Shown: positions 1 through 8,480 of the stretch, piece by piece
How the letters are laid out: every line of letters starts with the position of its first letter
How positions within the stretch are numbered: position 1 is the first letter of the stretch
Assembly: GCA_039809905.1 (NCBI GenBank)
Contig: JBDHVY010000001.1
Location: 60,001 to 92,000, forward strand
Direction: 5' to 3'
DNA length: 32,000 bases
From: Candidatus Babelota bacterium
Lineage (GTDB): Bacteria; Babelota; Babeliae; Babelales; Vermiphilaceae
Made by a program: the position numbers and the translations under genes
Notes under the pieces: model-generated
The model's input: the letters and a program-made list of their open reading frames with translations, nothing else
Database searches by the model: none
What the model was told of the DNA's origin: nothing

Positions 1-568
1 ACAACGATATTATTTCTGCAGGTGTATGGAATGTGCTCAATTGTTTTCTAACGCCATCAAATCCTGTAGTATCGAAAATATCTCTTATTACGTTAGCAAG
101 CCCTGCCGTATGACTTAATAAGTGATGCAGTGTAATTCTATGAGCCCAATCTGGCATTGTATTATTCCATATTGATGAGTCAGCCGAAAGAAATTGTGAT
201 AGAGGTTTGTGGAGTTGTTTTTCGACAAAAGAAAATTTTTCTGCTTCAGAATTACCATCGCTTATTGTATGAAGTGCATGCAACAACCCAACTGCTGTAA
301 ATTGCTTGGATAAAGAACCGATTAAAAATTGTGATTCATGAGGCAAATTTACCATTATACTGCTGCTTTTTGCATGCAGAATCATATTGCCATTTTTAAT
401 AATACACACTTCTCCATCAAGGACATTTTTTTGTTGTAATCCTTCGACTAATACACAAAAAGAATTTAGATTTTTTTTAGAGTAAAAAGATATGGTGTAA
501 AGAGTTAACAGAGCGATTGCGCAAAAAATACAAATTTTTGCAAAGCGTACACACTTAGTTGATGACAT
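1..568 (-). CDS. Serine hydrolase, beta-lactamase class C/PBP-like family (partial, runs off the window start)
   Basis: Not in the supplied ORF track because it has no stop in the window. The reverse complement from the ATG at 568 reads MSSTKCVRFAKICIFCAIALLTLY... (signal/TM), then HESQFLIGSLSKQFTAVGLLHAL (SxxK motif, SLSK) and DWAHRITLHHLLSHTAGLAN (classic ITxxHLLSHTxGL motif), all in one frame. Confidence 0.85.
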   Translation of the reverse strand, partial: MSSTKCVRFAKICIFCAIALLTLYTISFYSKKNLNSFCVLVEGLQQKNVLDGEVCIIKNGNMILHAKSSSIMVNLPHESQFLIGSLSKQFTAVGLLHALHTISDGNSEAEKFSFVEKQLHKPLSQFLSADSSIWNNTMPDWAHRITLHHLLSHTAGLANVIRDIFDTTGFDGVRKQLSTFHTPAEIISL

Positions 569-591
569 ACAATTCCTTCTCATCGTATAAA

Positions 592-795
592 TTAATCTAC
601 TTTATAATTGTATACTTCTAAAATACTTTCATGAGCATTAGAAGGATTACTACTTAATACCACAAATCTATTATCACCAAGAAATCTGATTTTTAAAAAT
701 ATAAATCCTGAGCCAGGATTTAAAATATTTTTATGCTTATCATATAATAACTCTATTTTGTTTTCATAAATAAAAAACAACGTTCCGTGATGCAT
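592..795 (-). CDS. Small hypothetical ORF, possibly a gene remnant
   Basis: 67-aa ORF from the track; the upstream frame MSTNGKLYFLIIE could be a frameshifted N-terminus. No recognisable domain. Confidence 0.3.
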   Translation of the reverse strand: MHHGTLFFIYENKIELLYDKHKNILNPGSGFIFLKIRFLGDNRFVVLSSNPSNAHESILEVYNYKVD

Positions 796-858
796 TCAAT
801 AATCAGAAAATACAGTTTACCGTTAGTTGACATACCATATAAACGCTTTTTTCATCAA

Positions 859-1596
859 CTAGTCGACTAATCGCAAAATCATCTTTTTAATGAAACAATA
901 AAAATCAAAGAATGGCGTAATAATTATATAAAATAAGAGACGATATTTTGGAATTAAATCTTCACGTATAAATCTAACATTTGAATTTGTTAGATAAATA
1001 CCCTTAATATGTTCATTAATATATTCATCTATATCAGTCACATCAGGATGAGTAATCCCATCGTATATTTTGGTAATATTGCTTAGCGCTTTATAAATTA
1101 AACTATTAACTTCGAGATAACGTCCCTGTTGTTTGTATAGTTCCATAAGATTTATGTAATTCCAAACATATTTATCACATAATTTGATCGATTGCTTAAG
1201 AAGTTCTTCTTCTACATTACAATCATCTTTTTTGCTTTTTTTATAAGACCAAGAAGCTACATATTTAAGCATTGAATTAATTTCATCGGAACCTGCATCA
1301 AGATTTTTTATCTGGTGTAAGAGCATGTCGTCAATACCTCCCAACTGATATTCATATACATGCGCGAGCACAATAAGTGCTATTGGATTATTGTATTCAA
1401 TAGCAAGTGCTTTTTCTAAACATGCTATACTCTTTTCATAATCCACAATTGGAACAGTTATGATAGCAATAGCAAGCTTTATCCAAATTTCGCTGGTATG
1501 AGTAGCAGTTTGCAATTCTTTTTCAACTACATTATAAAGCTCATCATAATTGTCTTGTATTTCTAATCTATCCAAATATGATAATAAATCTTTCAT
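859..1596 (-). CDS. TPR-like helical protein, candidate partner/immunity for the upstream secreted protein
   Basis: 245-aa ORF with TPR-like pattern (YEKSIACLEKALAIEYNNPIALIVLAHVYEY; WNYINLMELYKQQGRYLEVNSLIYKAL). Its ATG overlaps the stop of the 1593-3497 gene (ATGA type), implying translational coupling. Confidence 0.65.
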   Translation of the reverse strand: MKDLLSYLDRLEIQDNYDELYNVVEKELQTATHTSEIWIKLAIAIITVPIVDYEKSIACLEKALAIEYNNPIALIVLAHVYEYQLGGIDDMLLHQIKNLDAGSDEINSMLKYVASWSYKKSKKDDCNVEEELLKQSIKLCDKYVWNYINLMELYKQQGRYLEVNSLIYKALSNITKIYDGITHPDVTDIDEYINEHIKGIYLTNSNVRFIREDLIPKYRLLFYIIITPFFDFYCFIKKMILRLVD

Positions 1597-3497
1597 CCCT
1601 GAAGGTTCCTTGCATCAATAAAGTTATTAAATATTCTACCAAATGTACTGAGAAATGCATTGATACCAATAACTTCGCCTTTTTGTATAAAACATCTTAC
1701 TTCTATATTATCAATTCCATTAAGCATGATTCGTAATTGATTATTGCCTTCTCTTAGACATCCTTTTTTATCTAAAAATAAAAGAGTCTCGCATAATGAA
1801 TCCATAATAGCTTCTTGGTTTTCACCTACTGCCATAAGACCTGCCTGCTCATGCTTTTCTGAAAATATATGTCTTCTATATTCCTCTATTTTTGCTCGTA
1901 AATTTCCTTGACGGATGATACCTTGATCCCCAACAGTAACAGTTGGTAAAGTATTTTTCTGGGATATCTTATTTTCAACAGTTTTTTTTAGACCAGAAGC
2001 GGCAGAACCTTTTCCATCTAATTTAATTTTATTCGATTTATGCGTAGCCTTAAAGAGCAAACCTTCCGGTGTTGTTAAATATTCCTGTGGATTTAACAAT
2101 GAATTATTTTTAACAAAGCTAATGCTTTTGTGTTTAATGGTGGTACAAAACTTACTTAAGCCACCAAGCAATTTGCTTTGTGCTTTATAACCAACTACAA
2201 AAGCTGTGCTACCTTTAATCGCATCTCTTACCGTTATTTCTTTTTTGTTTATGGCATCGATAATATTATTGAGTGGCCCAGCATATTTATTCCATTTTTC
2301 TTTCGCACCATCCATATTATGCATGGCAGTTAAGCCAACATCGGCAACGTTATAAAGAACCTTACACAATTGAAATGCAAGAATCTGTTTACCTGCAACA
2401 ATCGATACCGTTGCTTCAATTGGATTGGTGAGAATATCATGCATAGCAGAATACATTCCAAGCGCAGCCCCTTCAGCAATTGCTTGGCCATAATCAAGCA
2501 ATGTCCAACACAAATCACCAATTGTCATAGCTTTATCTGTCATGCCTACATGATTATAATCGACCATTGCAGCAGTTAAATCGACCAATGCTTCTTGATG
2601 ATCATATAAAACTGAATGATGCATTAAACTATCAATACTCTCAAGAATCTTGAGCGATTCTTGGTGGATAACTTGCTGCAATTGATTCCCAGAACAGTGA
2701 GTAAAAAGAACTAATTCATGTCCATAGTGAGATAAAAGCTCTTTGACATTCTTATTCAGATTGTAGGGTTTATTTATTCGCTCCAATACAAAATCGCGAT
2801 CAGCAATATTATAGTATATAGCTGATCGCGTATTAATCGCTTTTGCTAACGAAGGCGTGTAAATATCATAAACAGCCGTTAATTCTTTATATTCTGCACA
2901 TTGATTAGCAAAAGTTGCAACATCAAAGGTTGCTACTTTTGTGCTAGCAACAGGTAACGTATTATGAGAGCCACTATCCTGCGAAATTGCTTTAACTGCA
3001 TTAAGCTGCTTATATAAATAGGCAATACGCTTTTGTAATTTTCTACAATATGTTCCCTTCGCTACACGCCAAGCCTTTTGAAACAGATTAAGATTTTTTA
3101 ATTCAGCATATAGTCTTTGGATTGTACCTTTGTAGCTGGGATATGTTTGGGCATATTGTACAAATGCATCATATATGTATAAACAGCGCTGATTTAATAG
3201 CTCTGATTCTGTGTAGCCGCAGCCGCCAAAACGATGTTGAAAATCTTCTATTGTATATGAGTCAAAGTTCTTTGCATTCCTAGATGATCCATGATCATTA
3301 AAATTATTCCACGTATGATCATAAGAAAAATCACCATGAACACTATTATTACCAGAATCTTTTTTGTATTCATGAGTAAATACGGAAAGCTTTATTTGAG
3401 CGCAATTCGACCAATCGGAACTAAAAGATGTGGAATATAAAACAGAAAAAAGTGCAACAAAAAACCGTAATGTTTTATATAGACTATTCATACTCAC
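1593..3497 (-). CDS. Large secreted protein, candidate polymorphic-toxin-like protein with distinct C-terminal domain
   Basis: 634 aa; N-terminal signal-like segment (SLYKTLRFFVALFSVLYSTSFS); central hydrophobic stretch; C-terminal region RAKIEEYRRHIFSEKHEQAGLMAVGENQEAI...GNNQLRIMLNGIDNIEVRCFIQKGEVIGINAFLSTFGRIFNNFI looks like a separate alpha/beta tip domain. Confidence 0.7.
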   Translation of the reverse strand: MSMNSLYKTLRFFVALFSVLYSTSFSSDWSNCAQIKLSVFTHEYKKDSGNNSVHGDFSYDHTWNNFNDHGSSRNAKNFDSYTIEDFQHRFGGCGYTESELLNQRCLYIYDAFVQYAQTYPSYKGTIQRLYAELKNLNLFQKAWRVAKGTYCRKLQKRIAYLYKQLNAVKAISQDSGSHNTLPVASTKVATFDVATFANQCAEYKELTAVYDIYTPSLAKAINTRSAIYYNIADRDFVLERINKPYNLNKNVKELLSHYGHELVLFTHCSGNQLQQVIHQESLKILESIDSLMHHSVLYDHQEALVDLTAAMVDYNHVGMTDKAMTIGDLCWTLLDYGQAIAEGAALGMYSAMHDILTNPIEATVSIVAGKQILAFQLCKVLYNVADVGLTAMHNMDGAKEKWNKYAGPLNNIIDAINKKEITVRDAIKGSTAFVVGYKAQSKLLGGLSKFCTTIKHKSISFVKNNSLLNPQEYLTTPEGLLFKATHKSNKIKLDGKGSAASGLKKTVENKISQKNTLPTVTVGDQGIIRQGNLRAKIEEYRRHIFSEKHEQAGLMAVGENQEAIMDSLCETLLFLDKKGCLREGNNQLRIMLNGIDNIEVRCFIQKGEVIGINAFLSTFGRIFNNFIDARNLQG

Positions 3498-3619
3498 TCC
3501 TTTTTTAAAGCAACTAGATGCAGTTTAAAAAAAAGAGTATGCAAGATTTAAAACAAAGAAAAGAAAATAGTAGATGTCATTAAAAACCTGGCCCCGCAAC
3601 TCTAGCTTTACGCGTAGGC

Positions 3620-3737
3620 TGGTATGCCCGATCCTACTTCGCCAAGGCTACGTCGGACACGGCAGGAATTGAACCTGTGACCTGCAGATTAGGAATCTAC
3701 CGCTTTAAGCCCATCTTCACTACATTACGACGGGCAC
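3620..3737 (-). pseudogene. Degenerate or repeat-interrupted tRNA-Arg(CCT)-like gene
   Basis: 3663-3698 is identical over 36 nt to the T-arm/anticodon part of the intact tRNA at 3803-3879. On the minus strand, 5' GTGCCCG (3731-3737) can pair with CGGGCAT followed by A-CCA (3620-3630), but about 31 nt of repeat-like sequence (3631-3661) separates the T arm from the acceptor 3' strand, and the D-arm region is expanded and degenerate. Confidence 0.55.
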
Positions 3738-3802
3738 CCATATAGAGAACCAAAAATAAAAATCATATTCAAAAGTACGATATCCCCTGATGGGGAACCA
3801 AG

Positions 3803-3879
3803 TGGTGCGCCCAACAGGAATTGAACCTGTGACCTGCAGATTAGGAATCTGCCGCTCTATCCGACTGAGCTACGGGCGC
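3803..3879 (-). tRNA. tRNA-Arg (anticodon CCT), encoded CCA
   Basis: Reverse complement GCGCCCG TA GCTC AGTCGGATA GAGC G GCAGA TTCCTAA TCTGC AGGTC ACAGG TTCAATT CCTGT TGGGCGC A CCA folds as a canonical cloverleaf. Confidence 0.93.
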
Positions 3880-3953
3880 TCATTATAAATCATTTAAAAA
3901 AAGGCAAAGCCAGACGTCCTTCGACAAGCTCAGGATGAGCGGGTGCGAAGTAT

Positions 3954-4030
3954 GGCGCGCCTGGCAGGATTCGAACCTGCGACCTACTGATTCGAAGTCA
4001 GGCGCTCTATCCGACTGAGCTACAGGCGCA
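3954..4030 (-). tRNA. tRNA-Arg (anticodon TCG), encoded CCA
   Basis: Reverse complement GCGCCTG TA GCTC AGTCGGATA GAGC G CCTGA CTTCGAA TCAGT AGGTC GCAGG TTCGAAT CCTGC CAGGCGC G CCA folds as a canonical cloverleaf. Confidence 0.93.
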
Positions 4031-4059
4031 ATATCTTTTATTCTATCAAACTCTCTTAT

Positions 4060-4106
4060 CTTCACCGGGGTCCCCATTCGTAATGAAATGAAGGATGGGG
4101 CAAAGA
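4060..4106. repeat. 47-bp direct repeat, copy A
   Basis: tcttcaccggggtccccattcgtaatgaaatgaaggatggggcaaag; same as 4166-4212 with 2 mismatches; internal imperfect palindrome CCCCATTC/GGATGGGG. Confidence 0.85.
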
Positions 4107-4108
4107 AG

Positions 4109-4134
4109 CTCTATCCGACTGAGCTACAGGCGCA
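4109..4134 (-). repeat. Duplicated 5' fragment of tRNA-Arg(TCG) (acceptor strand + D arm)
   Basis: gctctatccgactgagctacaggcgc is identical to 4005-4030 of the intact tRNA gene. Confidence 0.85.
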
Positions 4135-4165
4135 AATTTTTTATTATTCTTTCAATCTTTCTTAC

Positions 4166-4212
4166 TCTTCACCGGGGTCCCTATTCGTAATGAAATGAAG
4201 GATGGGGTAAAG
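4166..4212. repeat. 47-bp direct repeat, copy B
   Basis: tcttcaccggggtccctattcgtaatgaaatgaaggatggggtaaag, paired with copy A at 4060-4106. Confidence 0.85.
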
Positions 4213-4222
4213 CTACAGGCGC
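4212..4222 (-). repeat. Second, shorter tRNA-Arg(TCG) 5' end fragment
   Basis: gctacaggcgc, same as the outermost part of the tRNA gene (4020-4030). Confidence 0.6.
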
Positions 4223-4257
4223 ATTAAGTTTATTATATTTTACCAACTTTTCTTGAT

Positions 4258-4836
4258 TTGACCAGTAAAATCGAGGCTTTTGAACTATTTTCAATTTATT
4301 GTTACCCTGAAAATAGGGATAGAGCACATAACCTGGGGGAAAATCTTATGCATTATTCATTTTTTAGCCGAATCAGAGATATTTTATTTCTTGGCGCATT
4401 AGCCTTCTTAATCAATATTGCGTTTAATCGAACAAAATCTTTTATTGGTGAACACAAAAAATCTATTGTTCATGAACTTGATCGTAATTTTATTGATGAA
4501 ATTTATACAGCACAGCGTCAATTGCATTTTTTAGAGGAAAATTATGCACATAATGATGAAATTGTTCATATAATTTCTGATATTAAAGAACGATTAGCAG
4601 TAATAGAAGAAAAATATAAAACCAATTCACCAGGCACAATGTTATTAGGCCCTATTGGATCTGCTGCGATTGTCACCAAAGAAGAAAAATTACAAAAAAA
4701 TTTACTTGATGTGGTAAATGATATCAACAAACTATTACACATAATTAACAGTAAAGAAAATACATTTCAACATATACCAACAATCACTGCAGCACTTGAA
4801 AATAATAAGCTGTTATTGCAATCAATAACAGCTTAA
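4258..4836 (+). CDS. Hypothetical membrane-associated protein with coiled-coil tendency
   Basis: 192-aa ORF (TTG start in the track); one TM-like segment (ILFLGALAFLINIAF) followed by charged helical sequence. Confidence 0.6.
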   Translation: MTSKIEAFELFSIYCYPENRDRAHNLGENLMHYSFFSRIRDILFLGALAFLINIAFNRTKSFIGEHKKSIVHELDRNFIDEIYTAQRQLHFLEENYAHNDEIVHIISDIKERLAVIEEKYKTNSPGTMLLGPIGSAAIVTKEEKLQKNLLDVVNDINKLLHIINSKENTFQHIPTITAALENNKLLLQSITA

Positions 4837-4846
4837 TGTTGTTGGA

Positions 4847-6343
4847 TTACCAACCGAAAAACATTTTTATTTTATTCTTCACTCGTCGCCATATTGAATC
4901 ATTTTCCAAAGTTTTTTCACTCAAAACTCCAAATATTTTTTTTACATTTTTTTCGAGAAAAATATTAATCAATGGATTTTGCAATTCTGCTATCGTAGAA
5001 CAGCACGCAGCAGCCGGATCTCCTGATGCAGTAAGCATCCCAGCCCAGTATTCATTACCGGGATATGAATTACCATCCCACGCATAGCACGCAACAAGTA
5101 ATTTGCCTTTATTTCCACCATTTAATGTATCAGCAGGATTTCTTTTAGAAAAATGAATTGCCATTCTTTTTTTAATCTTTTCCCATGTTAATACATCGAT
5201 GGCACTTCTAGTCTGCTGCACATGTGCAGGAAACCAACTAAAATCAATATCACTAACGTTAAATAAATGACTATCACTGATGACATCCGCATATACGCTC
5301 AGCATATAATTTGCCTGTTTTTCATGTATTTGCCAAACACCCAGCCCAAGACCAACCACATGTACATATGCTCTTTTATTTTCTAGCTTAGCACGCTTAT
5401 TGGCATCCATTAAAAATGGTTTTACCACTAAACCAATACGCTTTTTGTATACCGATGTGTTCAAATAAAACCCATTCTTGAGCAAAAGATATTTTCCTGA
5501 ACGATCTGATTGCGCTTCAGCAAATGTTGGAAATTTTTCACCATATAAATTGGACCACAAAGCAAGAATCCCTTGATTTGTTGCTTTTAAACCATATCCT
5601 TTTTCTTGCGTATTCTGTTGGGGAGTTATTATCATCTGTTGCCATTCCATATAACCAGGCTTTTCAAAACGAGCACCTACTAATCCAACATAAATACCTT
5701 CTTCTTCATAAGAACCATCAATACCCACAACAGCTTGATTATTACGCGCACCATTATTGATAAAATATGTTGGAACAGAAACACCAATAAGAGCCGCTAC
5801 TGCCATTTCATCGTATGAAAGATAATCTTTAAGCACTAAAGGATTTTGTTCTTCTTCCATTCCAATTGTTTCAAAACCACCAAATCCAGATTGATTATGA
5901 GATCTCAAAAGATATTGGTCTTGCTCAGTCATAAACATTAATGGTCGCTTAATTAAAAGACGCATAATAAACTGGTCCAAAGACATATTTTTATACACAG
6001 CTTTTTCTTTTGATGTTCCATTATTCTTTTTATATTCTAAAAACTGTTCTATAAAAGGTTGTACTTTTGGATGTATCAATGGATACGTATTTTCTGCATG
6101 ATATGCTATACGATCTTTTTTTGTCTGATCATTACCTGCAATTTTAGCAATCCTATTATTTTGCGTAGGAAATTTTCCAATTTCATCATTAAACTTACAA
6201 GATTGATCTGCCAATATGCTAAACCGATCTTTGTCAGTCAATATTGATTTTTTGACGCTCTGGTATTTTGCATGCACAAAAGAAAAACACACACTGCTTA
6301 CTATAAGGAGCACAAGTGTTTTTTTTAAAAAAATTTTGTTCAT
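4847..6343 (-). CDS. Secreted hypothetical protein (possibly DUF4804-like)
   Basis: 498 aa; signal peptide MNKIFLKKTLVLLIVSSVCFSFVHA; C-terminal LLVACYAWDGNSYPGNEYWAGMLTASGDPAAACCSTIAELQNPLIN motif. Family assignment is from memory and tentative. Confidence 0.75.
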   Translation of the reverse strand: MNKIFLKKTLVLLIVSSVCFSFVHAKYQSVKKSILTDKDRFSILADQSCKFNDEIGKFPTQNNRIAKIAGNDQTKKDRIAYHAENTYPLIHPKVQPFIEQFLEYKKNNGTSKEKAVYKNMSLDQFIMRLLIKRPLMFMTEQDQYLLRSHNQSGFGGFETIGMEEEQNPLVLKDYLSYDEMAVAALIGVSVPTYFINNGARNNQAVVGIDGSYEEEGIYVGLVGARFEKPGYMEWQQMIITPQQNTQEKGYGLKATNQGILALWSNLYGEKFPTFAEAQSDRSGKYLLLKNGFYLNTSVYKKRIGLVVKPFLMDANKRAKLENKRAYVHVVGLGLGVWQIHEKQANYMLSVYADVISDSHLFNVSDIDFSWFPAHVQQTRSAIDVLTWEKIKKRMAIHFSKRNPADTLNGGNKGKLLVACYAWDGNSYPGNEYWAGMLTASGDPAAACCSTIAELQNPLINIFLEKNVKKIFGVLSEKTLENDSIWRRVKNKIKMFFGW

Positions 6344-7089
6344 TATTTTTTCTCACTTTTTCGTGTAAAATATGCCAAAAATTCTTTATTTCCTTTAGTT
6401 CCGGTAATAGGCGATTCTATCACCCCCACACAATCAAATCCGTATTTCTTGATGCCATCAACGGTAGTATCAACCAGTAGTTGCCTGACATGATCATCTC
6501 GAACAATGCCACCTGCTCCAATTTCATGCTTACTTGCTTCAAATTGTGGTTTAATAAGCACTATTAAGCTACCATCTTTTTTTAATACTTTACATACAGT
6601 AGGCATAACTTTTAAAACAGAAATGAATGATAAATCCAGCGTTACCAGATCAACCAACTCACCAACTGTTTCCAAAATTCTCAGATTTGTTTTTTCCAAT
6701 AAAATAAGCCGTTCATCTCTGCGAATTTTATCATGCACATCACCGTAACCAACATCCACACCATAAACTTTTTTTGCACACCGCTGCAATAGGCAATCGG
6801 TAAACCCTCCCGTTGAAATACCTGCATCAAGCACAATTAAACCAGTAACATCAATAGCAAAATGATCTAAAGCTTTTTCTAATTTAAAACCCGCACGACT
6901 CACAAATTTTTGCTCTTCAATAGTATGCGTAATTTCTTGCTCTTCAGTTACAATGGTACCTGGTTTTGTAACTTTTTCTCCATCTACAAAAACTTTTCCT
7001 TGCATGATCCAACCTTGAATATGCTTTTCATCGTGTCCTGGTAAAAGTTCCTGAAGTTTAGCATCAAGGCGTTTTTTTATTTTGGCCAT
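6343..7089 (-). CDS. tlyA: TlyA-family rRNA (cytidine-2'-O)-methyltransferase, S4 domain + FtsJ-like
   Basis: MAKIKKRLDAKLQEL...GWIMQGKVFVDGEKVTKPG (S4), KFVSRAGFKLEKAL, VLDAGISTGGFTDCLLQ, VYGVDVGYG, LVTLDLSFISV, LIKPQFEA. Start set at MAKIKK (7089) because the track start at 7143 lies inside a terminator hairpin. Confidence 0.92.
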   Translation of the reverse strand: MAKIKKRLDAKLQELLPGHDEKHIQGWIMQGKVFVDGEKVTKPGTIVTEEQEITHTIEEQKFVSRAGFKLEKALDHFAIDVTGLIVLDAGISTGGFTDCLLQRCAKKVYGVDVGYGDVHDKIRRDERLILLEKTNLRILETVGELVDLVTLDLSFISVLKVMPTVCKVLKKDGSLIVLIKPQFEASKHEIGAGGIVRDDHVRQLLVDTTVDGIKKYGFDCVGVIESPITGTKGNKEFLAYFTRKSEKK

Positions 7090-7121
7090 AAGTAACTCAC
7101 ATTCTTTATGTATTAATATAA

Positions 7122-7155
7122 TTAAAAAACGGCATATAAACATGCCGTTTTTTAA
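7122..7155. terminator. Likely bidirectional rho-independent terminator
   Basis: ttaaaaaacggcat ataaac atgccgttttttaa: GC-containing stem flanked by A and T tracts. Confidence 0.7.
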
Positions 7156-7193
7156 TTATATCATTGTTACGATCTTTTATTTATCTCATATTT

Positions 7194-8273
7194 TTAGGGT
7201 TTTGTTTTATCTGCCTTAGCATTCAATTCATTAACATATTCAAAAATAGTTTTCTTCTTATTTTCATAAAGATCTTGGCAAGAACCTACAATTCGATCAG
7301 CCCAATAACCATTAAAAAGTCTACCACTAGCAAATTTCTTTGCCTGGCAATTAGTTGTGATACGTTTAACTGCATCGTATTCGACCCGATCTCGTGTGGT
7401 ATACGTTGGAATAGTAACTGCTAATCCACTAAAATTGTTGAAGGCAACAAGAGGTTTGTCATTTTTCGATTCACCACGCAATTGACATAATTCATTTTCA
7501 TCGGTTGTGCTATATCTATTTTCGACCATGTAGTCAAATTGACCGAATGTTATATCGGTATTTGGACTTCTTTGCGTAAATAAAACAAGTCGTTTGTTAT
7601 TAGATCTCATCCACCCAAGAGTAGGCCATTGTGATTTATTAGCAGTATAATCCGCAACTTTATATATAGGATCATATTGTGCTTCAGCTACTAGTTCTTT
7701 TATTTCCTTGGCAAGATCTGCATTACCAACATAATCCTCAAAGATGATAGTAATAACCGCTTTTGGATTTACTCTCATAAATTCAATAATACGGCGCATT
7801 TCATGTTTAAGAGATTGATATTTCGTAATTCCTTTTTGGGTAAATGCCAAAACTCCTGGTGCCGGATGCGACAAACAAATTTTGTTTGATGTTTTAGGCC
7901 CTATCAAAGAAGATGGCCAGCCAAGATCCCAACGATAAGTATCTAACATTAATCCACGTACTCCATAAGAAAGATGCCCTAGTATTGTTTGATCTTGCTG
8001 GCGTACTGTTTTAAAAAAGCGAGGATAAACATGCGCATTATGAGCCCCTACATATCGGTAATCAGCATAACTGAGCGTATCTGCTGGCTCTGTAAAATGA
8101 TTCGCATTTCTATTGGCTTCATTAGCATCCTCAGCCCAATAAGGATCATTGATAGAATCACGTTGAGCAGCAGGAAGTTCCACCGGAAGTGGTGCCGCTA
8201 TACTATTTGATTGTTGAATCATAATACATGATACAACAAATAATAATCTCTTTTCCATCAATGATATTTTCAT
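7194..8273 (-). CDS. Secreted PI-specific phospholipase C X-domain-like protein
   Basis: Signal peptide MKISLMEKRLLFVVSCIMIQQSNSIAA; YVGAHNAHVY...GVRGLMLDTYR...CLSHP...IIEFMRVNPKAVITIIFEDYV...RLVLFTQR match the PI-PLC X core, with both active-site His contexts (GAHNAH and LSHP). Confidence 0.75.
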   Translation of the reverse strand: MKISLMEKRLLFVVSCIMIQQSNSIAAPLPVELPAAQRDSINDPYWAEDANEANRNANHFTEPADTLSYADYRYVGAHNAHVYPRFFKTVRQQDQTILGHLSYGVRGLMLDTYRWDLGWPSSLIGPKTSNKICLSHPAPGVLAFTQKGITKYQSLKHEMRRIIEFMRVNPKAVITIIFEDYVGNADLAKEIKELVAEAQYDPIYKVADYTANKSQWPTLGWMRSNNKRLVLFTQRSPNTDITFGQFDYMVENRYSTTDENELCQLRGESKNDKPLVAFNNFSGLAVTIPTYTTRDRVEYDAVKRITTNCQAKKFASGRLFNGYWADRIVGSCQDLYENKKKTIFEYVNELNAKADKTKP

Positions 8274-8413
8274 ATTAGCCCCCTAATAATATATAATTTT
8301 TCTATCATGCTTTATATATATCAAAAAAATTAAATACAAATCAAGAATGTTTTGAAAAGTAAAAAATTGTTTTTGCACTAATAGGTTTTTGTGAAAATTA
8401 AAAGCTAAAGCAA

Positions 8414-8459
8414 AAAAGCAGCAGACAAACTACATTATTATAGTTTGTCTGCTGCTTTT
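8414..8459 (-). terminator. Strong rho-independent terminator for the GMC oxidoreductase gene
   Basis: Perfect 19-bp stem aaaagcagcagacaaacta / tagtttgtctgctgctttt with an 8-nt loop, followed on the minus strand by a T tract. Confidence 0.9.
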
Positions 8460-8480
8460 ACTTAAAATGATACTACTTTA

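Noticed and set aside
3883-4077. 64-aa ORF on minus strand (…IAPVAQSDRAPDFESVGRRFESCQARH…)
   Set aside because: Translation artefact of the tRNA-Arg(TCG) gene and its flanks.
4836-5087. 83-aa plus-strand ORF overlapping the start of the region between converging genes
   Set aside because: Mostly antisense to the 498-aa secreted protein, biased composition, no domain. 5524-5760 and 6059-6247 are rejected for the same reason.
7090-7143. Extended TlyA start at 7143
   Set aside because: The extra 18 residues overlap the terminator hairpin and are absent from the typical S4-domain start; MAKIKK at 7089 is preferred.
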